64,000 nucleotides of DNA from Nymphaea colorata. Its lineage: Eukaryota. The translations under genes and the position numbers were made by a program. Numbering within the stretch: the first letter of the stretch is position 1; the number at the start of each line of letters is the position of its first letter. The stretch covers positions 39,370,001-39,434,000 of the forward strand of contig NC_045138.2 in NCBI RefSeq assembly GCF_008831285.2. The letters run 5' to 3'. The notes beneath the pieces are model-generated. The model saw only the letters and a list, made by a program, of their open reading frames with translations. It was not told the origin of the DNA and did not search any database. Shown in pieces: positions 1 to 13,175 of the stretch.

Positions 1-14
1 TGCCGCGACTGTGG

Positions 15-3000
15 TTACATGACGTATCTGCGAAGGTAATCGACTCGAGCTGGATGCTTAAGCTTCATGAGTGCCTTCACTTCATGCTTTCGAACCATCT
101 CTCTTGAAATGCTCAGGTTTCCAGCAATCTCCCCCAGTGTCCTGTCACCTTTTCCATCAAGTCCATATCGTTGCCTAATCACCAAACTTTCCTTCGGCTT
201 CAATGAGTCTAACTGCAGGGGAAGCCAGTGTACATATTAAACACATGCTTTATAAAAAAAAAAAAAGTCACCTTCCTGTTTGGAAGAAGGAAATTGGTGG
301 ATGGAAATTGGGAGCTTGTTTATGATGTGTCCATTCATGGAAGAAAAACCAGCGATATAATAATTGGACCTCGTGAGTACACTAAATTTGCCTTGGAAGA
401 AAGCCTCTTGGCACTTAGGTTGCTTAAGCATGAATATAGCAGCGAGAATAGGTTCCTATTTTTTTCGTTTTCTCTTTTCTGATTACCACTGGTTACAGTA
501 AGACTGGTTCCCCCACGATAAAGCAAAAAACCAACGATAGAAACAGACATTAACACCATACACAACCAATAATTCCAGCTAAGTGCAAAAGATTCAGTGA
601 AACGATCAGACAAGGAATGCCTCAGCTGGATTTGGCACGTCACCTGTTCAGTAACATGAATTAGCACAGCATCGTTCAGTTAAATTGTCTATATAACCGA
701 CTTAGAAGCGGGACATACTGGTCCCAAAGCCTGTGACCCTGCATCTGAATGAAAATGATGTTAGGGGAAGATAGCTAATGTAGAGTTATCTGGGTGAGAA
801 TGAAGGCGATAATCATAATTGGGAACTTCATGCTTCAGAGTGTCTGATTGCAAGATGCTGAACAATCAGTCTGGATGAAGCCCCACTTGACTGTACAGGG
901 GCTGGATAAAGCTAAGCTGATGATAGTTTGGGTGAGTTTAGTATGAAAAATGTCAATATCTAACACATAACGGCCTAGTGTGGGGAATAAATTGCTCCAT
1001 CCGGTGATCGGCTGGAATCTCATAATCAGAAAAACTAAAGCTGGCAAATGAGATACATATATCTTTGAAGAGATGATCACATAACGCCTATTCATGGAAA
1101 AATTTCTTTCAAAAATGACTTACCACGTCATCAAGAGCAAGTCTCAGAATTGCAGGTGATCTACGCCTCTCAAAACCAACTCCTTCCATATCTGTTACTC
1201 CCTTTAGGAACTCCTCTTGTGTTGTGGAGTGCCTTGCATTCAAAGAGAGCACCTGTTTTGACGCCCGCATAACTTCATGGTATCTTTCAAATGAAATCCC
1301 AACCTTTTCTATTATCTCTTCTTCGGTTGGCATTCTTTCCAGCTCAAACAGTAGTTCTAGTTTTGCCCTTTGTATCTCTAATCTTACCTGCAGAATACCC
1401 AGATGTTAGTTTTCCATCTCACCCATCTTTGCCCCCCAAGCACGAGCGAACATAATCTGTAACTAGATTTATTTTCCAGTTACATAACTCAGGAAGTAGA
1501 AATTATGAGCGTATAGCAAAGAACTTCAAACTTCAACCACTCTAATTTATTGATCATGTTCGACCTTTTTGCATGGAAGGCTGAGTCTCATAACACAAGT
1601 ATCCATGTTAGAGAAATGTCTCCCACCTTCATATGCAACAGTAAACCATTGGGCCCATAAACCATTAGGGCTCAACTTGGACTGTCTCATCCGTAGGGAG
1701 TCCAGAAATCCTAAACCTTTTGTATTCTTATGAACCAAAATCTTGTTGGCCATGCTAATGGTTCAACAGATGAGTTTCCAAAATCAATAGAAAGACATAC
1801 ATCTAAGTATACGAAATCTTACATGACCACCAGCAGACATGAATCACAAGCATACCATCATTTGAAGTTTCAAACAACATTCCGTTGATTAAAACACCGA
1901 AATAAAGGCAAGTTCACATCAAAAGACACTACATATATCGCAAGTTCAGGTTGTAATATTGTTGAAGCAAAATGTAGATAAAGTGCTAATTGAGGGGGTT
2001 AGGTAGCCAAATTGTTGGTCATGGACAGAGGAAGCAAGGATGCGACTACGCAAGATGAGCTTAACTAGGTAGAAGGCCAACATGATAATTATCTCACTCA
2101 TAAGCATACCGTGTGGAGTTTAGTTTATTTATTAGGCAGTTTAAGATAGTTAGTTATCAATTAAATGTTTCCATTAAATGTTTCCAGTGGAAAAAATCTA
2201 GCTGTCTGGAGCTCTGCCACTTTGAAGTATTCAATAGTTAGGGTTGAGATGACACTACAACTGCACAATTCTTTGTCTATCGCATGCGAAAGCTTTTTCT
2301 TCACTTATTTCAGAGTATATGCATGTCTATGGCTGGTTCAGAAGGGTTATTTTGCAGCATTGAACTCTTTCAATTGAAGAGAGAAACAAGGCAATAGTAT
2401 GACTTACAGATTCTAAGCCAAACGAGACACGCGTAAAGCTTGACAGGGTCAATGATCGCATTATTGCATGACGGATCCAGAAGAGGCCATAAGTGGAGAG
2501 ACGAAATCCTCGTTTTGGTTCAAACCGATCAATGGCCATTATCAAACCTTTTGCCCCAGCTTGACAGAAATCCTGGAATTTGGAACCGCTTGCAATTTCT
2601 TGATAATATTTGTTTATCACAAATAAAACCAGGCGAAGATTGTGCTGCACCAAGACAGAAGGAAAGCTACAGTGAGAGGATATCCTATTAAAACTACAGC
2701 CTTTGACCTGCCAATTGCATGAAATATTCTATTGGAATAAAAAGTCGACTAAAGTATCGTGACAATCAACAAATAGTCAAGGATTGAACCTGCCAAACAA
2801 TTTCCAATGAGTTTGATGATCTTTCACATAGAAATCCTTCAATTTTATGATAAGGTTCGTATATTAAGAGTTTTCTCTACCGTGTAATTAAGCAATTATT
2901 TGGTCATGAAGCGGTACTGGCTTCTATTCTGCTATCTGATACAAGAGGACATAAAATACGTCTACCTAGTGCCTACAGAAACAAGCAATCAAACGGGTGT

Positions 3001-4068
3001 AGGGGGGGGGGGGGGGGGGGGGGGTAGTGGGGGAGAGAGAGAGAGAGAAAGAGAGACCTTGACAAGCTTGTTTCTTGCAGCTTTGCCCAGTTGCAATTGT
3101 CTCCTAAGTTCAGGCACACTCATGTTGGTGGCTGTTGCAAGTTCAACATCAGTGGGTGTTCTTTCCAGGTCCCTCTCCAAGTTTTCCTTCACTTGAAGAA
3201 TAGCCTAAAAACATAAGGAAAAAAAACTTAGAAACGATCAAGCCAAGAAGAAAAGATCGAAGACCAAAAAATGGAAAATGGAAAGACAGAGAAAGAAAGA
3301 TAAAAGAACAGCGGTTCCCCACGTAATCTATAAAGCAGAAATCTGGACTTTCACCTTCATTGGCTGCATCAATTTGAATAGCCAGGTGTGCTCGGAAGAA
3401 GGAAGTACAGGTGGGATCTTCATTTTCTTCCAATCCGTGCTGACTAAATCAGTGGAAGCAGAGTGCTCCCTGAGAAGCCTGTCAACATCCCCTGTTTCTC
3501 GTGCTCTCTTGTCCTGCAGTTTGGAACCACTAGTCGTCTCTTCTTTCTTGATATTCTTCAAAGCAATCCTACTCTCTAGGCTTAGGCGCTTACTCCTCCT
3601 CCTCCCATTAAAGACGACGCCACTTGCACCGGCATCACTCTCTGAATTAGCAGTCCCTTGGTCCTTCTTACTTCTTTTCCGCCTATTCCGATCGCGGGGA
3701 GCTTCCAGTTCCATATCAGGAACATGGGTAGGGCTCAGCTTATATATGTTCTCGAGGGCGGCCGCGGCTTCGTCATAATCGATTTCCACAATATCAATAA
3801 CAGCTGCATTGGCTGTCTTCCTGGGTTTTCTGCCCCTTCTCTTCTTGGGCTGGTGATTAATAGTCTCAAGACTCTCAACAGCTAAAGGCAGGTGTTCTGA
3901 CGAAGTTGACAATGCCGAAGAACTCTTGGGTTTTTGAGCGATCTGTTGATCCGATTTGAAGGCTAAAACAAGCGGTTTCCTCAGAGAATAAGAGTTGTTC
4001 GTCTTGAATCTCAAATCAAAGCCCAGCGGACCACGCGAAGCCGAACCAGAGACGGTGAAAACTCCCAT
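15..4068 (-). CDS. SIG5: Plastid RNA polymerase sigma factor 5 (SIGE), sigma-70 family; exons (minus) 4068-3355, 3204-3058, 2644-2408, 1387-1124, 212-15; 519 aa
   Basis: N-terminus [16 protein letters not shown]. Sigma regions 2.x ([14 protein letters not shown]...[34 protein letters not shown]), region 3 ([13 protein letters not shown]) and region 4 HTH ([51 protein letters not shown]). All four introns are GT-AG, phase 0; exon lengths 714+147+237+264+198 = 520 codons including stop. Confidence 0.95.
3002..3056. repeat. G23 homopolymer followed by (GA)n, at the 5' end of SIG5 intron 2
   Basis: 23 consecutive G at 3002-3024, then GA repeats up to the donor at 3057. Confidence 0.9.
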
Positions 4069-4589
4069 GCCAAACTGCCAATTCAAGGCGAGGATGATTC
4101 ATATATGTATTATCGGATTGCACACTCCAACCCAGTAAAAAGTTTATCCCCAAAACCCAATAGGCAGTAAGAAGAATTAACACTTAAAAGCGATTACAGA
4201 AAAATGATGCGTAAGATCAGATCATTTAAACAAGCGACTGCGCCACTTTTACAGGCATAGAAGCACCACGAATGGAAAAGATACAGGGCGTACCTCAAGA
4301 GAGAGGAGGCAAAGCAGGAGGAGATGTAGGAGCAGAACACCGGAGCAGTTATCTCTTGAGCAGCGTGATTCGGGCGAGATTCTTCCAGCCGCAGAGAAAG
4401 CTCGATGCAGTGTGCAGAGGAGAAGGGAGCCAGTGCACTGTCACGCGCGCAGATATATGTGGGGTGGAAAACGGGAGGGGAAGAACATCCACAAGAAGAG
4501 CAACGGTGGGGATCAGCTGGGCATCGGATCGGACGGCTGTAAACTGAGTGGAGCAAGCGGATTTCTTGCTGCCGTGAATTTTCTTTTGT

Positions 4590-4597
4590 CCACGTGG
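4590..4597. promoter_or_regulatory. G-box (CCACGTGG) upstream of SIG5; second CACGTG at 4809-4814
   Basis: Perfect palindromic G-box ~520 bp upstream of the SIG5 ATG. SIG5 genes are known to be light/stress induced. Function at this site is inferred. Confidence 0.5.
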
Positions 4598-6399
4598 TAG
4601 GATGTCTTTGGTCGCATAGATTTTTTGAGCTTTCCCTATGTGGTGACTGTGCAGTCCACATGGCTTCTTCTTCTCAGCCATTTGATCGTGGCGGGCGTCT
4701 CATACGGGACATGGGTTAGATCCAAACATGGATCTAAAGACGGACCCGATCCATATTTTACACACTGCTTTGCTCCATACTTTTGGATAAACTATTCTGT
4801 TCTTGATTCACGTGTTTGAAACACAACTTTGAAAACATTTTTATTGTTGTTTTACAAAGTGTTTGGTTTGGTAAAAGATTGAGAATCCATTTAAAAAGGA
4901 TAGTTTTTTGGTAGCTACTAGCATTATTATATTCTGATAGAAGTTTACAGAGAAAGAAGTTAAGTTTATGGATGCCAATATCGCTCTTCTAGTTATTCTT
5001 CCATTGGAGGAACGAAGAGTAGTTCATCATGGAAGCAAAATATCTTTTCATGTTGATCGATATAGCGAACGTATATGAGAAGAATCGCGTTGAAGCCACT
5101 CGTTTATTTCTCTCAATTAATTTCAAAGGGCACCAACTAGAGTTCAGGTGGGTGGAGCTCAGCCACAGGCACTTTCGTTCTCATGTGTGAGAAGAGGGGC
5201 GCCAAGTAAACCAGAGCAGGCCACAGATCTTTTTTGCGTCCTTGATTAATCAGTAATGGAGATGGGTCCTTATCCACAAATTTGAATCCAAATTCAAACA
5301 CGAAGTTTTGTGATTTTGACTGATCAAGAAAATTCTCCTCTTGCAGACGTAGTTCGGATGAGCTCTAAGAGAGCCCACCACGGTCGAAGACGTTTACAAA
5401 TTCGATCCAGTCATCATCAACTAAAATCGAGCAAGATTTTGTGGAAAAATGTTGAACAGTATGCGTAGCTAGAATGCAACTGTTCGCTCTTTACTGGCCC
5501 TTCCATCCATCACAAATTTTGCCATTTGCATGTTATTTTCCTTTCCTGCCTCTTTTTTGTTAATTTTCAAGAAATATATCGATCAAAACGCGACGATGAC
5601 GAACCAGATGATGCTAAGGGATGCAGATCGAGTATGAAGCATCGTTATTCTTGTTTCTCGGGTTTGTTTAATTAATGTAAATGGACTTGGAAATTTGCTG
5701 CGATCACTGAGGTGGCGTTCGCATGAAACACACTAAAAAATGGTTTTATGAAAACTAGTTTTTTTTTTTTCTAAAAAAAAAGTATTTGAATTAGTTCAGG
5801 AAAACTGATTTATGTGGACCAAGACAACAGTTTTTTATGAATGACTTGGTGGGGGAGGGGGGTGCCAGTTTATTTGCTTCCTCTTGAAAATCAGATTTTG
5901 CTATAAATGAGTTTTGATGACACTCACTTTTAGGATCATTCAGACGCACATGAAATGAGTTTTTGGAAGCAAAACCATTTTTTTACCTCCAAAATTGGTT
6001 TTGAGGTTCAACTAAATGTGCCCTAAATCTATTTGTTTTGGACATTTAAAATGAATTTTAAAAACTAATTTTTTTAGTCTTGAATTTTGATTCTAAAATT
6101 AAAATTCTAAATTGGAATAAAAATTTTAGTTCTAGTTTATCTTTGCGTTTGGCAGTCTGCAATCTTGATTGCACAATTGAAAATGATGTGTTTGAATGAG
6201 CACTTTGACCTCTTTACATTCTCTCGTTGTACCTTAAAAAATAAAAACTAGCCTCAAGTGCACCTACATAAGCCTCGCGGTCATCGGCTTTCCAAGCTTC
6301 GAGCTTCCCGTCATTCGCTTGGCAGGAGCCGTACAGCACAACGCTGGAAATCAGAGGGCCAATCATGTATTAAATTTTTAGAATTGATAAATCAAAAGC

Positions 6400-6550
6400 T
6401 AAGGCTGGACATCGGACCGGGTACCTGGTACCCAGCCTGACTCGAGGCCAGGTTTGGGGTTGAAAAAAAGAGAACAATGTATAAATTATCGGGCTGGCCC
6501 GGGTGGGCCTGATTAAGCCCGGTGGGTTTGGGTGAGCCCGATCAGCACTG
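6400..6550. mobile_element. Degenerate MITE remnant rich in CCCG/CGGG motifs (hAT-like)
   Basis: Short GC-rich island of GCCCG/CGGGC/GGTACC motifs with decayed TAAGGCTG...CAGCACTG ends in AT-rich DNA. Confidence 0.4.
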
Positions 6551-9500
6551 TCGTTCAAAAAAGAAGAGGTAAGAACGACATAGATAAGAGCTTTAAATTT
6601 AAGAAGTACCTTTTGTTCCATTCATCTTTAGAAAGTCTTCTGCATTGAGAAGATCATAATAACTAAGGATTCCCTATCCCCACTTATCCTTCCACATCTT
6701 TTTCAACCAATCCTCCATAAGGAGCTTCCCTCCAAACCCAAGAGAAATGAGATTTGCTTTCGATAGTTACATAACGAGTGACATTCAACTGCCCAAGTGT
6801 GAACGGTAATGTTTAGGGCTTCATTGATGTCTAGTGTCGAACTTGTAACAATATATGACTCTAGGTTGGGTATGTGATTTTACTCAACCCTCTGGCTGAA
6901 TGTTTTGATGTGATTCCTGTGACTATCTCAAACGGCACAACAAAACATGCAAAAACTGGATTTTATGACCGCCGCAACTTTTTACCAATATTATAGAAAC
7001 CGATTTATTTTTCAAACCCTTAGATTTGCGTCTTTCTAACTCATTAGTGAAATGAAATGGGAAAAATCAGGTGAAATCCATCTGAGTTAGCTAAATCTGA
7101 CTGAATTAGCTGGATGGCTATAGGTAATGGTCGGCTAATACATATTTATAGATTCGCAAGCGTGATCATTGAAAGATTTGTCTAATTCTTAAGAGAAGTA
7201 TTTCCACATCGCTAAGTATAGGCCTATGAGTGATGATGTTGGAGTAGCCTGGCTATTATTTGGAGGCTTCTAGGCGGCGTTTGATAGGGGAGGAGGAATT
7301 TTTGATGGGAAGTTTTTGTGGGAAGGAAACGATTTGGAAAAATATACGAATAGTTCTTCCAACACTGTACACGCGTTGAAATCTCTTTCTTTTTCTATTC
7401 ATCAAATCCCCCCCGTTTTGTTGGCGGAACATGCTTTTCTTTGTTATGAGTTTCTTGGAAAGTGAAGGCTGAGAATAACCGTTAAATTTCAGGAAGCTAC
7501 AAGGGCGATGAAGTTGCAGGTGAATTGTTCCTGTCATACGAAAAATCCAGGAAGCTTGACATGAAAAGGTCTTTCAGGGAAGATTTCTTGGCTTGGAAGT
7601 TGGAATGATCACTTTCAGATCAAGACACTGTATCCCAACAAAAACAATCACGTTCCCACCAGTCTCTAGAGGAGAAGTTTGGTTTGAAGTGGAACACTCT
7701 CTGACGAGGACAGATTCTATAGCTAAAACTAGAATTCGAGGAAGTTTCCCTGCACGAAAAGATTGAAGAAACTGAACGAAGAACTCCTTTTTCAGGCTTG
7801 CGGACAAACCAAAGTACTCGAAGTTATGTTATCTGCGGGCGAACTTGAACGAAGGAACAAGAAGAGTTCCATGTGATGACGATCGGATTCAACCTAGAGA
7901 AACTTCACTGCCCTTGTGATTGGTGTTCTGAGAGACCAAGCCAGAAAGAAACATTGAAGTTTGAATGAACGAGTGCAGTGAAATGTGGAGATGGGGAGGA
8001 AGGAGGCTGGTATTGGGCCTGCAGACACAATACATATGGCTGCGCCTCCTAAATGTGACAGTTCCATGGACGACTTCAAACAATATAACGATGACAAGGT
8101 TACGTTTACAAATTTTTACTCTTTTTTGCCGTATACATGTGATCTTCATAAACCTTTTTATGAAAGTGACAAGATTATGTATGACATCTTATAAAAAATT
8201 AATAATCAACGAGTGGGGGCGGGGGGAGGAGAGAGAGAGAGAGAGAGAGGCAATTGTAAAAATTCCTGAGACTCGAAAGGAAATTTGCATCGTTTGGATT
8301 GTATAATATTTTAAAAATGCATGAGAAGTAATAAAATCCAAACTGGGGAATTAGGGTTCATGACGGATTCAAGATCTAAGTATTAGACCTATCAAGTAAA
8401 GTATGGTTTTGCCACCATTTGAAGTATAAAGGAATAGCACTTACAGAAATTGATGTTTGGGAAGACCTTGTTTTGTTTTTCAAGCCAACAACACATGGAT
8501 GCAAACTCGAAGGCACAGGAAAATAAAGTAAACTAGCTTATGCAAAAACAGCTGCTTAATGTCTTCCATTATCCAATAAAATCGGATTCTATAAAGATTT
8601 GAAGGACAATGATTGGAAGTTAATTTGATTCATCACTTTATGAACAAGTATTTTGGTCCCAGAAATTCTAACGATGTGACCAGTTTGAAAAGAAGACAAA
8701 CAAAAGAAATTCCATATCCAACTTCCAGCCTGAAGAGTGCGTGATTGCGTCAGCATATAGGTATCTGTTTGCTTGCTAATTAAACCCTAAATTTTATCTT
8801 TCTCTTTATTCATCTTCTTTCAACGTTGCATACCATTAGCAAATTGCTTAGCATTAATGTCATGTCGGGTGTTCCTTTGAGTGTCTGTCACGCTCGATCG
8901 GCCTGGGCCTGTGTACCAAATAGCTACCAGTCCAAAGGTTTAAAACCTAGCCCATGTGCAAATGGGAGTCATTATTGGAGATAAGACTGGGCCCAGGCTC
9001 GGACCCATGGTGCAAGGGTTTTAGCCCAACATGCTCATGCACATCGTTAAGAGTTTGGCTTAAGATCTTTAAGTTGGTTTGGCTTGTGTCGCAGTTCTTG
9101 GTCTACTGGCCAAGGAAAGAACGGAAACTCCCACCCAACCCCTCGTTCCCTTAGGGTAGAAGGCTGTTTTTGTTTGTGCGGCTGTTAAACTTCTATGCAA
9201 GCCAAAGTAGGCATAGACCTTAGCGGCGACGGTACTAGATTTGGGGTTTTATATCACCAAGCGAGCAATAATGTCTCTCGGCCTCAAAAGAGAAAGTAAA
9301 ACAATATCTTCAAGTTGAAGAAGGTTATACATACGCATTTGGTAGTTTGGTGTATTTTTTGTCATAGTCTGCCATGAATTAACCTCACGCCAGCTTACTG
9401 ATATGAAAAATCACAATGGTCAAGATTGGATCCAGAATAGTTGGATTATGATACAAAAGTTCAATCGAGATCCAATCCAAATCCAAATATTAGCCGGATG

Positions 9501-10958
9501 TCACTTAACAGATGTGATATAAATGCAGTGTTTTGCATTACTAACAACATTGCTATACGGAAGGTTGCAATTTTGGAGTGCAAATTTTGAGGCTGGGGTA
9601 CTCCTAAACAATTTCTGATTCCACTAGAGATCCATTATTAGAACAAGAACAATTCTTAAGGGCGAAACCCGGAAGAAATTCTTTTTCTATTAAGCACAAT
9701 GTCATGGTAAATTAATTTATCCCACGAAAAATGGCAAAAAATTTATCTTGGCATGTAAATTTAAAACTATATATGCAATTAATAACTCCACAATCTATAT
9801 GAAGCAAGGTTGCCTTTCATGGATCAATTGCAAACTTTTCTTGTTGTGACAACACCAAGTTAGTACAAAGTGAAAGGAGATGAGCATTTTACCACATATG
9901 CTAACCCTTCCACGCTTTCACACGCTTTTAATGGCCATAAAGATGCAGAGAAAGCTCTTATCAGTAAATTTTTAGCATAAATGGCTACAACACTGTTGAA
10001 GCAGTTGTCTCTGCACAAGGCACAACAAATTCAACAAATTTCTCTTTGTTGGCCGCGGAATCAGAAGAGATAATAGTAGGGCTTGTCTTGAATGAACAGG
10101 GGTCTGGGCTTCAATGAACCAAATATAATGCTACTTCCAACTTTTTCCCCTGTTTGAATGAAGGGTGTTCAAGTAATCACTTTGTAGTGGAAAAACAAGG
10201 GAGAATACCATTTAAAAACTAGAAATTTTAATTGTTTTATTTAAAGAATTAGATCCAGCATCTCTTAATTAAAAGCGTGGTCCGAGTAATTGCATCTATT
10301 TGAACCAACTGTCCGAATTTCATAAAAAAGGTTTTCGAAGGCCGGCAACGAAAAACAGAAGTTAGGTGACTGCTTGCTCTCATGGTTGTGCACGTTTAGT
10401 GCTCAAGTACTAAAATACCTCATATCTAAAGCAAGTGAACTTGGAATACTCCACAGCTTGACATCAAGCTTGTGAGAACTTAGTTATGTATCGAAGATTG
10501 AGAGGAATCTTTGAGGATGACTGAGTAGTTAATTGTCTCTGTTTCTGGCCTTTTTAAGGGGAAAAAGTTGAAACTGCTAGGGCGCTAGTTTAGGAGCCGG
10601 ATCCCGGTACTGAAGTGAGTCAATCCATTGTGATAAAACTTGTGATCAACTTTAAAAGAAAAACGAATAAGAAAAGTTCCGGCTCATGATGCTTCACAAC
10701 TCATTGGACGAATTAAACCTTTTGATTAAACTTTGACAACTAAATCATCTTTGCTTTGGAAGTACCATTATAATAGTAATGTCTAAAAATGGAGAAACTA
10801 AACGTGCCAACTTCGAAAGCAAAGCTGGTACCGCAAACATATGGAAGAACTAAATTGGTACCAGAATTCCTTTATGACATACTGGGGCCGAACGTGTTCA
10901 CACTCGTTATGTGGTTGCCTTAAACAAGAGAACTCATATTTATAGAATAGTTTGTGGT

Positions 10959-11851
10959 TAGGGCTGCACAACGAGCCGAGCCAACTCGGGCTCGACTCGA
11001 ACTCGCCCGACAGAGCTCGACTCATTTATAAATGAGTCGAGTTGAAGCTCACCCTTAAACTCGAAATGTTAAACGAGTCGAGTTCGAGTTTGAAGAACTC
11101 AACTCGTTTAAATTCAACTCGACTCGCTATTTAAAATTAACTGAATCATATAAACCGGTTCCTGAAACCGGTTCACTGGTTTAGGATTAAAACCCGTCTT
11201 GAGCTTGTGTCTTTCAAACTAATATGATAATCTTTCTTTTCTAGCTGCTCCCTCTCTTCCTTGTGTCTTTCAAACTAATATGATAATCTTTCTTTTCTAG
11301 CTGCTCCCTCTCTTCTCGATTTCTCGTCTTCCCTCTTCTTGTCTTCCATCGATCAGGGGTCAACGACTTCCCTTTTCTTGTCTTCCATCGACCGCGATGA
11401 CCGGACGAGAGACGACTTCCCTCTTCCTGTCTTCCATCCTTCCAGGCACGGCTCTGTTTTCCGTCGACCAGTTCTTGTTTCCGGCGATCGTATTCGTAAC
11501 ACCCAGACGACCATCTCCACCAATTTTGAGGATGATCGGACCACGGACGGCGTTACTGGAGGCGACGGCCGGAATTTGGCAGAAATCAGCGACGCTCCAA
11601 GCTTAATCACTGCCACAAGCGGCGGCCCTGTTCCGAAGGGGCTCGCAGGAGACAACATATTTCCAGATGTGTGCGATTTCTCTCTGTTGATAGGTTTCTT
11701 CTGCAAATTGATCGCTTAACTAAACGAGTTAAGTGAGTCGAGCTCGAGCTCGAGTTTGTGCTAGGGAGCTCGACTCAAGTTCGAGCTCTTCAAGCCGAGT
11801 GGAGCTCGAGCTAGGCAAGCTCGAGCTCGACTCAGCTCGTGTGCAGCCCTA
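10959..11851. mobile_element. Non-autonomous hAT-type DNA transposon (893 bp)
   Basis: Perfect 12-bp TIR TAGGGCTGCACA/TGTGCAGCCCTA. Perfect 8-bp TSD TTTGTGGT (10951-10958 and 11852-11859). Subterminal arrays of CTCGA/TCGAG. Internal tandem duplication with 56-bp period (11205-11315). No transposase. Confidence 0.92.
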
Positions 11852-13175
11852 TTTGTGGTTACTGTCCATGAACATTAATTTTGCAATTATGTCAGCCGAA
11901 TCGGAACATATACACGTCCTAACCTTGCTGATCCTTTTGTTTGAATAAAGTCCTCAATCATGTTTTTTAAGGAGCAAACTGGAAAAGCGATTGCTTTTAA
12001 GACTTGAAAAGGGACGATCGTGAGAGCAGTTGATTTTTTTTTTTTCAGGTTCTTCAAATGCCTGCTTTTGTGGTGTGAAAAAATGAACCGGTTGTGGATT
12101 TTTATTTATATTAAATAGCCAGCTTAAAACACATCCACTGAGTAGACTCCCTAAAATATTTGATCAGTTTGTTTCACTTGTCACAGACCCAAAAGTTTCA
12201 CTCAACCCTTTATCTTCGTAAAGTACAAAGCCTGCTTTGATACCTTGAAATGTCGTCTTAGTTTTCACAACACTTCAATTTATGCATTGTTGACTCCCAT
12301 TCCTAGTGCTGAAAGTCGATGCCTCAGAGACTTGTAATAAAAACTATCCACCTACAAACCAACCTCTATCTCAAACCGTTGCGCTAACTCCCTCTCTCTT
12401 GGGTCATGTCAAAATCAATTTAATTTTTAAAACATTACTCTTCATTTTTTAAAAATTTAATTCAATTCGTAAACGTATCATGATTTTGATATTCATTAGT
12501 TCACGTTTTCCAAACGCATGCAAGTAGCCATAGGTGCACTATGATCACAACTTGGTAAGTTTTCTGTGCACTATGATCACAATTTCGTAAGTTGTCTAAC
12601 CAAAAAAACAACTCTATGAGAATGTCGATCCATCTTCTTTCTTCAACTTATAATTCATTTCATCTTACTCAACACCATCGAACTTCTTATTCATGCAATC
12701 GTCATCACTCAAAACATCAACATTTTAAAAATCAATTAATTTATTTATTCCTAATTGTTGTTCTTGAGACAGAGGATGACACCCACGCTTAACTCCACAA
12801 GTTTTCTTTTTAAATTGTATCTGATTTGAAACCCGAAATCCGATAAATTTAAATGGAATGGACTCATCTTCTCCCGAGGCGATACCCCTGGACTTATCAA
12901 ATAAATCGCCGATCGAGCATCGCTTCCTCGTCCATATGACCAATTTGCCCTCGGCCTGCACAAAGAAGGACGGGGGCGTTCCCGTAAATTCGGTTAAAAA
13001 TCGCCGATCGGACTAACGAAACTCGGCCGGGCCGTCCACCCGCTGAGTGAGCTCGCTTTCATCATCCCTTCGCGGGGCCCATCTGCAATAAAGCGGGAGC
13101 CAATCGGACGGGTGGGAGGATAGGGTATACGGCCTCATCAACGGCGGAGATGGGTGGAATGGCGCGAGGGGAGAG

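Noticed and set aside
4069..4086. N-terminal extension of SIG5 from the TTG start in the ORF track (possible dual-targeting isoform)
   Set aside because: No in-frame upstream ATG before a stop; the segment overlaps a probable 5' UTR intron.
6720..6742. Partial resemblance to miR159/319-complementary sequence (also 63101-63120)
   Set aside because: Too many mismatches and no hairpin partner; no conserved miRNA, tRNA, rRNA or snRNA was recognised anywhere in the window.
10975..11110. CTCGA/TCGAG arrays as CRISPR-like or iteron-like repeats
   Set aside because: Irregular subterminal motifs of a hAT element in a plant genome, with no repeat-spacer periodicity.
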